A stretch of DNA of 58,620 nt, counting the filler, from Barthelona sp. PAP020 (taxonomy: Eukaryota): NCBI GenBank assembly GCA_040182905.1. It is 5 parts of 5 records of this genome, joined end to end, with 100 filler letters (N's around TTAATTAATTAA, not from the genome) between each part and the next. Parts side by side here need not be neighbours in the genome. Positions count along the whole stretch, not along the records: positions 35,261 to 46,867 come from JARQWU010000367.1; positions 46,968 to 58,620 come from JARQWU010000368.1; 3 more parts are not named here. One strand, written 5' to 3'. A program made the translations under genes and the position numbers. The notes under the pieces are model-generated. The model saw only the letters and a list, made by a program, of their open reading frames with translations. It ran no database searches and was not told where the DNA came from. This document shows, piece after piece, positions 38,501-47,066 of this stretch. Each line of letters starts with the position of its first letter. The first letter of the stretch is position 1.

Positions 38501-38712
38501 CTGGTTTCAGTTGTTTTAATTTCAGAAACATTTAATTTTAAATTGTTATGCTCCTGTCTATTTGACTCTACGTTATTTTCAATTTTAAAACTTTTCAATA
38601 AATCATCCACAGTACCAAAATTCTCAAAAGCAAGGTTTTTCTCATTCTTATTATCAACATTTTGTTGTTTTAATTTCTTTTTTGCCTTATAATCGTTTTT
38701 TTTTGATGGCAT
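35599..38712 (-). CDS. Lys/Ser-rich repeat N-terminus fused to an OLD/GajA-like ABC-type ATPase and TOPRIM-like domain (catalytic motifs degenerate)
   Basis: IASLYVRNFMGF...INVIYGGNSSGKSTLV (Walker A, 37273-37299), signature-like EGNGLKKLL, Walker B position IAFLSGIEEAFEP, QLIICTSNS, then TOPRIM-like PVFFENEAE. Confidence 0.72.
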   Translation of the reverse strand: MPSKKNDYKAKKKLKQQNVDNKNEKNLAFENFGTVDDLLKSFKIENNVESNRQEHNNLKLNVSEIKTTETRSKSKNVSENQNDAVKKHKRKEESTVDATDKSVSENKNSMKKQKTKEETVSDVTNRSASKSKNWTKKQKTKEETVSDVTNRSVSESKNWTKKQKTKEETVANVTNRSASENQVKGSVNNSNRMPKEKFNKSDNQKTKNRISTNKKKNIALNDKSSVKSDESVTSAVTPPVAKSTTSEATTTKSDSKKKSTSKKKEKAYLSGDSSKHTDTSKKASVPLNSKAGDKFSRKNKVVGNIDKVADDISDNESVNTEHDIELERNDQMDTLSQTSLPLQMFDNQSVYSVSNSNFDSNINVDIHDLKLSETPENLSPCNSVKNFKAKTNVNSKFNLSQADMYEPIQDIIDDMKIDEIEAFKTSLFTKNVQFSNCDTKVNGHWIASLYVRNFMGFIEETFKFQQINVIYGGNSSGKSTLVKLAAFVSRLNKERKLGQKNEFFTVSLGLCDHYFNDTKEPIIIRFTFHNDMVITILIEKTDKYDNGLQVKFSAFPFESDLLDIIEFDSGAVGSNVISKHESVSKSRGYRYIFEHLHKKPRFNYIEDGMKLIFPKLEMNNIRSPNSDYLRINIMNPELNNSMVEIFNEGNGLKKLLRLQLHLMGFHSYIAFLSGIEEAFEPRYYMILKDILEKMSKSEFHKQLIICTSNSTFANCFNHSAIIHLAKPFNKCQLLTSPSVYLPLVSANYNGDLLSHFANLRRNNLPVFFENEAEIRTFLAFARKQLPEDKYSNIIRCCELISVNTLFANASLTPKGLEGLGSFKTTLNPKQILTFIKDLSGISPKGSRIPFLVIGGHGHRHKDAMNKFGIDLHLLNQEYSHLNINHWIGLDRSCIRSYVLDEQIIIRHICKFGINKRKDTIIDEERVQEIYHSLWNSCLEDVKSRYCNQYVAYCMRNKEDITQTNTKIDEMFKDNLIEPSQQIFEKFWNLLVGKVFEEFSLVLDVVEIIDKTFEHEHFQSSLSNSIYSLDSFVSRNYF
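38170..38470 (-). repeat. Coding tandem repeat, 75-bp unit x about 4 (KKQKTKEETVSDVTNRSxSxSKNWT)
   Basis: CAGATCTATT/CAGATTT recurs at 38181, 38256, 38331 and 38406 (period 75). Confidence 0.93.
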
Positions 38713-38884
38713 TGAATATTTAAAAGACAAAAAATTGTTGGTGAAAAAGAAAAAATTTTTTTTTTCTTTTTGTTAGTGCTAATATTTCACAAAAAACTCT
38801 ATTGTTGATTTTAACATTTTAAAAAGATAAAAAAATAACAAAAAAAGGAACATTCTTTATGATTTGAATAAAAAACCATTGCAC

Positions 38885-40390
38885 TTAAGGAGACAAACGA
38901 TGAGGATCACGAGGGAATAATGAAGTCTTTCTGATATTATCAAGACCAAGATATAACATAGTTAATCTTTCAAGACCGATTCCACAACCAGCATGAGGAG
39001 AAGTACCATATTTGAAAGCTTCTAAATAGCCACTCAGAGTGTTAAGTGGAATACCGCATTCTTCTGCTCTAATAGTAAGCATTTCAACATCATGGATACG
39101 TTGAGCACCAGAACAAATTTCTTCACCACGTAAAAAGATATCATATGAGTTAGTGTAACCAGGTCTGGAAGGATCAGGCATAGTGTAGAAAGGTCTAGCA
39201 GCAACAGGGAATTTATCGACGATATAAAGATCAGTACCAAACTTCTCAAAAATAACACGTCCTAAACGCTTCTCGTTTACAGTATTGATATCTTCTAAAG
39301 GATTAAGAACAACGACAGATTCAGCTTCTTCCTTTGTGAAAGTTTTCACAACTTCAGGTTGACTCAACAATTTTTCAGTGTCTTCATTTAACCAACCAAT
39401 AACTTCTTCGTATGTAAAAATGGGACATTTCTCAGGCAAAGCAAAAGGACGAGAAGGATATTGTTTTCTGATAGTATCAATTTCAGTAGCTGCTCTTTTT
39501 TCAAATTCAGATAAAATAAACACTAGCATCTCACCCAATAATTCTAAAACTTCATGATAATGTTCGTTAAAGGCCATTTCAATATCAAGACCAACAAATT
39601 CACACAAATGACGATGAGTTAAGGATTGTTCAGCTCTAAAAACGGGACCAATTTCAAAAACACGTCCGAAATCAGAACAAATAGCCATTTGCTTGTACAA
39701 TTGTGGAGATTGAGCCAAAGCAGCTTGATTTCCAAAATATGTTAACTCAAAAACACTAGATCCTCCTTCAGAAGCACCACCAATGATCTTAGGAGAATGA
39801 ATTTCAATGAAATTACGAGAAATTAAAAACTCACGGAACAATAATCCAAACATAGATTGACCGCGGAAAATAGCTAAATTTGCAGGAACACGAAGATCCA
39901 TAATACGATTATCAAGACGAGTTTTGGTAAAAACTTCGGCAACTTGTTTTCCTTCAGCTATCATTCTTTCAATTTCTTGAGGTGAACGAGCTGCATCTTC
40001 TAATTGGAAGGGTAATTGATTTGAAGCACGAGAAACACTATGACAACTGTATATTTGAAGTTCAAGTGTGGAAATAGTACAAGTTGTTGGTTGATCGACA
40101 GCAACAACATCAGCAGTAACATCAACTAAAGTTTCAGATGTTAATTTTTGCATATACTTGATTAATTCACGTGGAGTATCATCGCCAGCAAAAGCACATC
40201 CTTGGATAGTATAAAATTGATCACGTAAAACTAAAAAACATGACTTACCCTTACCACGCACACGATGAATTCTACAACGGATATTAAGACGTTGACCAGC
40301 AGATGCATCATTAATTTCACTTAATGAAGTCCAAACTTTTTCAGAACGTGTCTGACTTTGATTCAAAGGAAGGTCTCCAAATCTGTCCAT
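38885..40390 (-). CDS. DARS1: Cytosolic aspartyl-tRNA synthetase
   Basis: OB-fold, RLDNRIMDLR, SEGGSSVF, LAQSPQLYKQM, GPVFRAE...HRHLCEF, GIGLER, SLFPRDP. Confidence 0.97.
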   Translation of the reverse strand: MDRFGDLPLNQSQTRSEKVWTSLSEINDASAGQRLNIRCRIHRVRGKGKSCFLVLRDQFYTIQGCAFAGDDTPRELIKYMQKLTSETLVDVTADVVAVDQPTTCTISTLELQIYSCHSVSRASNQLPFQLEDAARSPQEIERMIAEGKQVAEVFTKTRLDNRIMDLRVPANLAIFRGQSMFGLLFREFLISRNFIEIHSPKIIGGASEGGSSVFELTYFGNQAALAQSPQLYKQMAICSDFGRVFEIGPVFRAEQSLTHRHLCEFVGLDIEMAFNEHYHEVLELLGEMLVFILSEFEKRAATEIDTIRKQYPSRPFALPEKCPIFTYEEVIGWLNEDTEKLLSQPEVVKTFTKEEAESVVVLNPLEDINTVNEKRLGRVIFEKFGTDLYIVDKFPVAARPFYTMPDPSRPGYTNSYDIFLRGEEICSGAQRIHDVEMLTIRAEECGIPLNTLSGYLEAFKYGTSPHAGCGIGLERLTMLYLGLDNIRKTSLFPRDPHRLSP

Positions 40391-40695
40391 AATTTAACTC
40401 AATAAAAATAATGATTGTTCTTTCACTTTTTATTTTATTTTTCCAATTTTTTCAATATTGATTAATTTTCATTAGCAATGAAATCAAAACATATTTTCTT
40501 CAAATAAATATCAATTTTATTGTCATTAAAGAAACTTTGAAAAATAAATGTATTATCATGAAAAGGTGATTGATAACGTATTGTCTTCACAGAATGAATT
40601 ACTAAGTAATTTTTTCTTTGTCTTTATAATTGATGAATCAAAAGCCTAATAAATGGCATCCAAATAAAAGAAAATTTTTTCTTTTTATTTTAAAA

Positions 40696-41215
40696 ATGTC
40701 TGGAAAACCAAAACATCGTTTTGATCTTACTGATGATCAACGAGAAGAAATTCGTTCTGCTTTTGCCTTGTTTGACATTGATGGATCTGGTACTTTTATT
40801 TGAAATATTTAATCAAAAAACTAATATTCTAGGAACTATTTCTGTAAAGGAATTGAAAGTCGCTATGTTAGCTTTGGGATTTGATCCCAAAAAGGAAGAA
40901 ATTAGAAGAATTACCGCCGAATTTGACCCCAATTCTACTGGTACAATTGAACATAAAGAATTTGTCGAGTTAATGACACGCAAAATGTCTGAAAGAGATT
41001 CTCGTGAAAGAATGGTCAAAGCTTTCCATTTCTTTGATGATGATAATACTGGTAAAATAAGTTTTCAAAACTTGAAAAGAGTTGCCGTTGAACTTGAAGA
41101 AGAAATTCCTGATGAGGATTTACAAGAAATGATTGAAGAAGCTGATCGTGATGGTGATGGTGAAGTTTCTTTGGATGAATTTTTGAGAGTTATGCACAAG
41201 GCTCAATTATTTTAA
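40696..41215 (+). CDS. Centrin (EF-hand), exons 40696-40789 and 40833-41215, 158 aa
   Basis: Splicing gives [55 protein letters not shown]...[18 protein letters not shown]. The ORF-track N-terminus (40721) is wrong. Confidence 0.95.
40790..40832 (+). other. 43-nt spliceosomal intron (phase 1) in centrin EF-hand 1
   Basis: GTACTT...ACTAATATTCTAG. Removal restores the canonical EF loop DIDGSGTISVKE. Confidence 0.95.
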
Positions 41216-41331
41216 GCACATATATATCTTATAAAATTAGTTTGTAGATCTTTTTTCTTCAATTATTTTATAATTTTGAAAATTTGACAAAAATATTGAT
41301 AAATTGTTTCTAAGTATTTATAAGTTTAATA

Positions 41332-41847
41332 TTAACTTCGAATATCGTTTAAATCCGTATTAATTTCTTCTCTAAATTTATCCAAAAAGGGTTGTGGGTC
41401 ATCAATGCTAAACATAAATTCCTTGTTATTTCTAGTTCTTACATGAATACCTTTACCTCCCTTAACCACATAAGCCTTTCGAAATCTTCTGGAAAATCTG
41501 ATACCCCAACCACCAGTTTGTGTTAAAGCATTGAATTTAATATCTCTAAAGAATTCAATGTCAGATGTACGAATTGAAAAATTTCCGCAAAACAAATGAA
41601 AAGGAAAGTAATTAATAGTTAAAAATTCGCTGTTTAATGAAACTGTCAATTTAGTAACATTCATCAAAATCCAAGCAAGTGCACATAACGCTGCAGTTAT
41701 TCCAATCACTGTCTCAGCAGTTCCATCGACAGCTCTACCCATTAATATTAAACAGAATATGCAAAATCCTAAACATGTAATTGAAGAAATTGCTCTAAAT
41801 GCTTTTGATGGACGTTGAACTTGTTTAATTGTTATCAGACCACTCAT
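41332..41847 (-). CDS. Small membrane protein with bacterial PH-like (DUF6141-type) domain
   Basis: Two TM helices followed by YFPFH...GGWGIRF...KAYVVKGGKGIHV...P, a pattern typical of bacterial DUF6141-like proteins. First ATG is at 41847. Confidence 0.65.
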   Translation of the reverse strand: MSGLITIKQVQRPSKAFRAISSITCLGFCIFCLILMGRAVDGTAETVIGITAALCALAWILMNVTKLTVSLNSEFLTINYFPFHLFCGNFSIRTSDIEFFRDIKFNALTQTGGWGIRFSRRFRKAYVVKGGKGIHVRTRNNKEFMFSIDDPQPFLDKFREEINTDLNDIRS

Positions 41848-41909
41848 ATATAAATGAAACGACAAAAATAATAAAAGCCAACGAATAAAATTTACTAAAT
41901 GAACAGTGT

Positions 41910-42635
41910 TCAACTGTTTAAAGATCTTCGCATTTGTTCTAGATCTCTTTTTAAAATACTATACTCTTTTTCACCTCTAACTAAATCTATTTCTAATGAC
42001 ATTAATTTATTGCGAGCTTTTTCCGCTACCAAATTTTGTTGGTCCAGCAATGTTTGATATTTTCCTTCAATTAGAGATAAACAATCAACTAAAAGATCTG
42101 AAGAATCATTTTTCATGTTTTCAAAGTCAATTTTGTCAAATTTTTCATTGACAACAAAATGGAGGTTTTTTAAAACAGTTTTTTTTTTTCGGATATTTTT
42201 CAATGCTCTTTCGGATTTATTTGCCTTTTTCATCAATTCTTTGAATTGTTGATTTACTTTAAAATGATTTTCTTTAGATATTTCTAAATCCCGTAAAATA
42301 TTTTCTTTGGCAATTGACAAAACATTTAATCTTGATTTTAACTGTCTACAAGCCATCTTAGATCCTTCTAATGATGATTTATACATATCTATCAAAATAT
42401 GATTCCTCTCTGTTAATTGTTCTTGATAGATTTCTTCTTCAATAAATATTGGGGTATCAAATAATTTAATGATAGATTTTACTTGAACATGACATATTCC
42501 ACATCTTTTCATTGATAAACCAGAGTTAAACATGTTCATTGCACAATTTAAATGAAAAATATGTCCACATGGATGAATAGTACATAATTCACTGCTGTCA
42601 CCTAACGATTTTAAACATACAGCACAAGTGCTCAT
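41910..42635 (-). CDS. RING-H2 finger plus coiled-coil E3 ligase (TRAIP-like)
   Basis: CAVC...CGHIFHLNC...CGIC...IIKLF at the extreme N-terminus, followed by a coiled coil. Confidence 0.75.
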   Translation of the reverse strand: MSTCAVCLKSLGDSSELCTIHPCGHIFHLNCAMNMFNSGLSMKRCGICHVQVKSIIKLFDTPIFIEEEIYQEQLTERNHILIDMYKSSLEGSKMACRQLKSRLNVLSIAKENILRDLEISKENHFKVNQQFKELMKKANKSERALKNIRKKKTVLKNLHFVVNEKFDKIDFENMKNDSSDLLVDCLSLIEGKYQTLLDQQNLVAEKARNKLMSLEIDLVRGEKEYSILKRDLEQMRRSLNS

Positions 42636-42685
42636 AAAAAAGAAAAAATATTGGCATTATTTATTTTTATTCGTCTTTGTTTATT

Positions 42686-43789
42686 ATGGAGCGATTAGTC
42701 ACTGTTGATATTTTTAGAGGGATTGTATTAACAATGATGTTGATTGTAAATAATGCGGGGAGTGATGAAAATTGTTATAGATTATTAGGTCATGCAAAAT
42801 GGAACGGATTAACAATTGCTGATCTTGTATTTCCATGGTTCTTGTTTATTAGTGGGTTTTGTCAATATCTATCAATTCAAAAGAGTTTAAAGAATTCAAA
42901 CAAATTCCACACTTTTAAAAAATCAACTGTTCGAGCTTTTAAATTGTTTTTGATTGGTTTTGGCTTAAATTTTATCTCATGGATAATTTTTGGTGGTCAC
43001 TTGAGAGTTTTAGGTGTTTTACAAAGAATAGCGTTGTGTAATTTCATTTTATGTACAATTGCTTTGTTATGTAATCATATCATTGTAGTTGGAGTGGCAT
43101 TTTTTGGGCTTTGCTTGGTTTATATTTGTTTGATGGGTGGTTATTTTGTTGATGGATGTGGGATTGGAAATTTAACACCTTTTTGTTCCTTTGAAAGTTA
43201 TTTTGATCGTTTAATATTGGGTAATCACACATGGAAATCTTTACCTTATGATCCTGAAGGTTTTGTTTCAACTTTATCTGCAAGTTGTACGATATTTATT
43301 GGGTATTTGACTTCATATTTATTCTTTCAAGCAAAACAAAAGAAAAATACTGAAAAATCATTTGTTTTTTCTATTCTTATTATTGAAACATTGGTCTTTG
43401 TCATTGGTGCTTTTCTCTTTGACAGATTTACAATATTTAAAGTTAACAAAGCTTTATGGACTCCTGCATTTGTATCCATTACTGCTGCTTTTGCCATCAT
43501 GATGTTGATGTTTCTAATTCTCTTCATAGAAAATAATCTGTTTTTACAAAAAATTCTATTTCCTTTTAAAGCTATAGGTATGAACCCTTTAATATGTTTT
43601 TTTGGAGAAGATTTTTTGGTTTGGTTTTTAATAAAGACGAAGACTTATTATTTACCATATAAAACATTCAGCCATTTTTTCCCATCCAATTTAGCAATTG
43701 CGTCTTTATTACATTCCATATTACATCCAATATTTTGGATTCTTATCGCTGTAATAATGTACAATTTCAATTTCTTTATAAAAGTATAA
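42686..43789 (+). CDS. Heparan-alpha-glucosaminide N-acetyltransferase-like transmembrane acyltransferase (short, NagX/bacterial-length)
   Basis: RLVTVDIFRG, MLIVN, HAKWNGLTIADLVFPWFLF, GVLQRIA, DPEG, NKALWT, GMNPL. Confidence 0.9.
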   Translation: MERLVTVDIFRGIVLTMMLIVNNAGSDENCYRLLGHAKWNGLTIADLVFPWFLFISGFCQYLSIQKSLKNSNKFHTFKKSTVRAFKLFLIGFGLNFISWIIFGGHLRVLGVLQRIALCNFILCTIALLCNHIIVVGVAFFGLCLVYICLMGGYFVDGCGIGNLTPFCSFESYFDRLILGNHTWKSLPYDPEGFVSTLSASCTIFIGYLTSYLFFQAKQKKNTEKSFVFSILIIETLVFVIGAFLFDRFTIFKVNKALWTPAFVSITAAFAIMMLMFLILFIENNLFLQKILFPFKAIGMNPLICFFGEDFLVWFLIKTKTYYLPYKTFSHFFPSNLAIASLLHSILHPIFWILIAVIMYNFNFFIKV

Positions 43790-43964
43790 ATTTTATTTGT
43801 TTAATTTGTTTTTTATACGGTAAGAGCTATGAAATAAGTTGAATTCATGGGCTTAAGTTTCAAGTAACACTATCTGTAGGTGAAGAAACAAACCAATTTT
43901 TTTTTTTTGGTCAATAAATATATATTTTTATTGTTTTTTTAAACTTAAGATGTTAATTTAAAAC

Positions 43965-46214
43965 ATGCGATGTTGTTTTTGTGAATCAAATGAAATTGAT
44001 TTAAACGTTCAAATATGTTTAAGTCATAAATTTTGTGTTAAACATCTTGAAGAAATTTCAATGATGGAAGTGAATAACGACAAATGTCCTATTTGTATGT
44101 TTATAAATGATTCGACCATATCCATTGAAAATATTAATGAAGAAAAAGAAAATTTAAAAAATGAAAGAAAAGAACTTCTTTTGAAGTTGAACAATATTAA
44201 TACTAAACTAAAAATAAATGAGAATATTCACAATTATTTTGTTAAAAATGAAAATGAAAGTGAAAAGAAGAACATTATTAATTTTTTTGATCAATTAATT
44301 TTTTTACCAAAAAATAAATTTGATAAAAATTTAATTGAACCTTTAAAACATTTTAGTTCAAAAGATTTTGAACTTTTAGAAAGGGAAAAAGTTTCCAACA
44401 TTTTCCGGAAATTGTATGATGAAAAACGAATTATTGATGTTGATATTCTGTTATTATTTTTTCCTCATATCTCTTATGAAGATGCTTATGATTTTTATCA
44501 CTATTTTCAAAACATGTTTTTAGTCAAATATATTCCAGTAATTAAAGCAGGCATTCATCTATTTCCAGACATTTTTCTTTCCCCAAAATTTCTCAATACT
44601 ATCTTCCTAATGAACATATCTGTTGACAGTTTGAATTTGTGGAAACACCTATTTGAGATTAATCTGGGAAAATGCAAGACTTTTTTCATTGGCAAGATAT
44701 GTTCTGTTGAAAAGTTCATCACCTTGAAAGCTGATGAAAATGAATTGAGTTTACTATTTTTGTTGTGTTGGTTGGTTCTTATTGATCGTGATGCAACTTC
44801 AGCGTTAAATTCAAGTTTAGCTGAAGATATGATTGATCTGACTGATAAACAGAACAAATTAGTATTGTTCAATCAGATAGTTTTTGAAAATTGCTTCAGT
44901 TTTTTGAAAGAATTCAATTCGTTTGAAATCCACTCTGAATATTTGTATCTATTGGTTTATCACGTGTTAGGTTGTCTAAATACCATTATTTTCAATTTTC
45001 CTTCATATCTTGATTTAATTGTTGATGGGAAAATGTTTGTCTCGATTTTTCCTGTGTTAATTTCATCCATGGAAAAGAAGCGCACATCACTTTTCTTTCT
45101 TGGGTTTGAATTTTTCAATGTTTTGTTAAGAAACAATTGTTTGCTTTTGAAACCCTTATTTTTGAACATTATACAGTTTATGTTTGATGAAAAGTTTGTT
45201 AAAAATTATGACTGTTTTGAAAAAGAATTCTTGTTGCTTTTGGATTGTTTGATTGCCATTTTAAGATGTTCTGAAGGGCGTAGGATCTTTATTCAACAAC
45301 CAAATTTTATTGATTTTTCCCTTTATTTGTTGAAGAAATCTGATCGAAAACGAGCATTATGTATATTAGATTTGGCTAGTAATCATTGTGAATTTGCGGA
45401 ACGAATGATAGAAACCCCATTATTTCCAGCATTATGTAATTCTCTTCAACCACATCCAAAAATTGTGAACATCTTGAAAAATTCCCTAAAAAGAACAAAA
45501 TGTATTGATTTTTTCCAAAATAATCAGCAAATTTTATTCAATTTGATTGAAAATCACTTAAATGTTGATTTTGCTAACGAAATATTGACAACATTATTTT
45601 CAACAAATAAATTGGTAGAAATAATCGCAAAAAATACTAGAATTGCCAATAGTTTAAATGAAAAATTGATCTCTATCTTTGTAGAAGATAGTTTCAGTTG
45701 GGATGTTCATAAGTTGTCAAAAATGACATTGTCATATTTAATTTGTCTGAAACATTTGTCAAAATTTTCCGTTTCAACAAAAGTTTTGAAACTTTTGTTG
45801 GAAAATTTCACAATTTTGGAGGATCTAAATCAAGAATATTGTTTGGATATATTCCTCACAAAAGTTGAATTCTTTATCAGGTTGAGTAATTCTGATTGGT
45901 ATCGTTTCTTGCAATTACTTGCATATATTCTTGAAACAGAATCAAAAGATGTTTTTTTGAAGTTTCTAAAATTTTCAAAGGAACTTTTGGAAAAATTAGT
46001 CTTCTTGAATAATAATGAAAAGGTCAATAATAGAATTAAACATGTACTTCAAATATTTTCACCAGAAATAATGTTTCAACTTTTTATTAGTGAATCAAAT
46101 TCTATCAGATTGTTGTCTTATCCTTTATTTTATATTATTAAAGATTTAAACAAAAATTATTGGAATTATTTGATAAATTGTCTTAATAGTGATATTACAG
46201 AAACAGACACGTAA
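43965..46214 (+). CDS. N-terminal RING-like zinc finger, coiled coil and helical (ARM/HEAT-like) protein, function unknown
   Basis: CCFC...CLSHKFCVKH...CPIC followed by a long Leu/Phe-rich helical region; 749-aa open frame. Confidence 0.65.
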   Translation: MRCCFCESNEIDLNVQICLSHKFCVKHLEEISMMEVNNDKCPICMFINDSTISIENINEEKENLKNERKELLLKLNNINTKLKINENIHNYFVKNENESEKKNIINFFDQLIFLPKNKFDKNLIEPLKHFSSKDFELLEREKVSNIFRKLYDEKRIIDVDILLLFFPHISYEDAYDFYHYFQNMFLVKYIPVIKAGIHLFPDIFLSPKFLNTIFLMNISVDSLNLWKHLFEINLGKCKTFFIGKICSVEKFITLKADENELSLLFLLCWLVLIDRDATSALNSSLAEDMIDLTDKQNKLVLFNQIVFENCFSFLKEFNSFEIHSEYLYLLVYHVLGCLNTIIFNFPSYLDLIVDGKMFVSIFPVLISSMEKKRTSLFFLGFEFFNVLLRNNCLLLKPLFLNIIQFMFDEKFVKNYDCFEKEFLLLLDCLIAILRCSEGRRIFIQQPNFIDFSLYLLKKSDRKRALCILDLASNHCEFAERMIETPLFPALCNSLQPHPKIVNILKNSLKRTKCIDFFQNNQQILFNLIENHLNVDFANEILTTLFSTNKLVEIIAKNTRIANSLNEKLISIFVEDSFSWDVHKLSKMTLSYLICLKHLSKFSVSTKVLKLLLENFTILEDLNQEYCLDIFLTKVEFFIRLSNSDWYRFLQLLAYILETESKDVFLKFLKFSKELLEKLVFLNNNEKVNNRIKHVLQIFSPEIMFQLFISESNSIRLLSYPLFYIIKDLNKNYWNYLINCLNSDITETDT

Positions 46215-46630
46215 AGTTCATTGTTTCTTTTTATAAATATGTGTTTTTTGTTTTTTATTGATAAGAAATTGATGTTTTTCAAGCTTCAATTAGAGTTGTT
46301 TATTTAAAAAAAAAGGATTTTATCACTTTTACACCCATTTTCAGAAAAGTCGGAACATATTTTTTACTTTTTGTCATGTTTCATAAAGTTTAAATTATTT
46401 TCTTTTATTTGGATTACTTTAAGGTTTTGGGAGAAACAGTAAAAAAAAATAACAAACTTTTGCAATTTAAAAAAGTAACCATTTTTAAGACATCTTTTGA
46501 AGCCATGAACAATAATTTAAAATTTACACATCATTGATGTATAAAAACAAAATCACATTGAAAAAAGAAGCATAAATGGAAAGATGATTTGATTTCCTTT
46601 CATTGACTTTTTTTTTTATTATCAAATTGT

Positions 46631-46867
46631 ATGCCTGGTTTTAGTTTACTAAATCTCTTAAAACCTTTCATGGTTTTAGTTCCTGAGATTGAAGCTCCGG
46701 CTCCCAATAAGAAAATTGGTTATCGTACAAAATTGTTTTGGACTGGTGTATCTTTATTAATTTTCTTGGTGTGTTCTCAACTTCCTCTTTATGGAATTAC
46801 ATCTACAAAATCTTCAGATCCTTATTATTGGAGTCGTGTTATTATGGCTTCCAACAGAGGTACTTTG
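46631..46867 (+). CDS. SEC61A: Sec61 alpha subunit, N-terminal fragment (cut by contig end)
   Basis: LLKPF...PEIEAP...KLFWT...LIFLVCSQLPLYGI...SDPYYWSRVIMASNRGTL. Confidence 0.96.
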
Positions 46868-46967
46868 NNNNNNNNNNNNNNNNNNNNNNNNNNNNNNNNN
46901 NNNNNNNNNNNTTAATTAATTAANNNNNNNNNNNNNNNNNNNNNNNNNNNNNNNNNNNNNNNNNNNN
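46868..46967. other. Artificial contig-joining spacer
   Basis: N44-TTAATTAATTAA-N44. Confidence 0.98.
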
Positions 46968-47066
46968 TATTGGATCATATTTAACAATCAGAAGTGCAAG
47001 AATAGAACCTAGAACAATGTTTATTTTGTCTTTTGGGTGAAATCCGTCCGCTTTGCTACGAACACT
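46968..47066 (-). mobile_element. Dispersed repeat copy 2 (putative tRNA-derived SINE 5' end)
   Basis: Identical to 35277-35375; the flanks diverge immediately after ...GCTACGAACACT. Confidence 0.6.

Noticed and set aside
11684..46967. Regularly spaced TTAATTAATTAA palindromes flanked by Ns, about every 11.7 kb
   Set aside because: These are artificial linkers joining similarly sized contigs. They are not biological periodicity, and genes across them are not neighbours.
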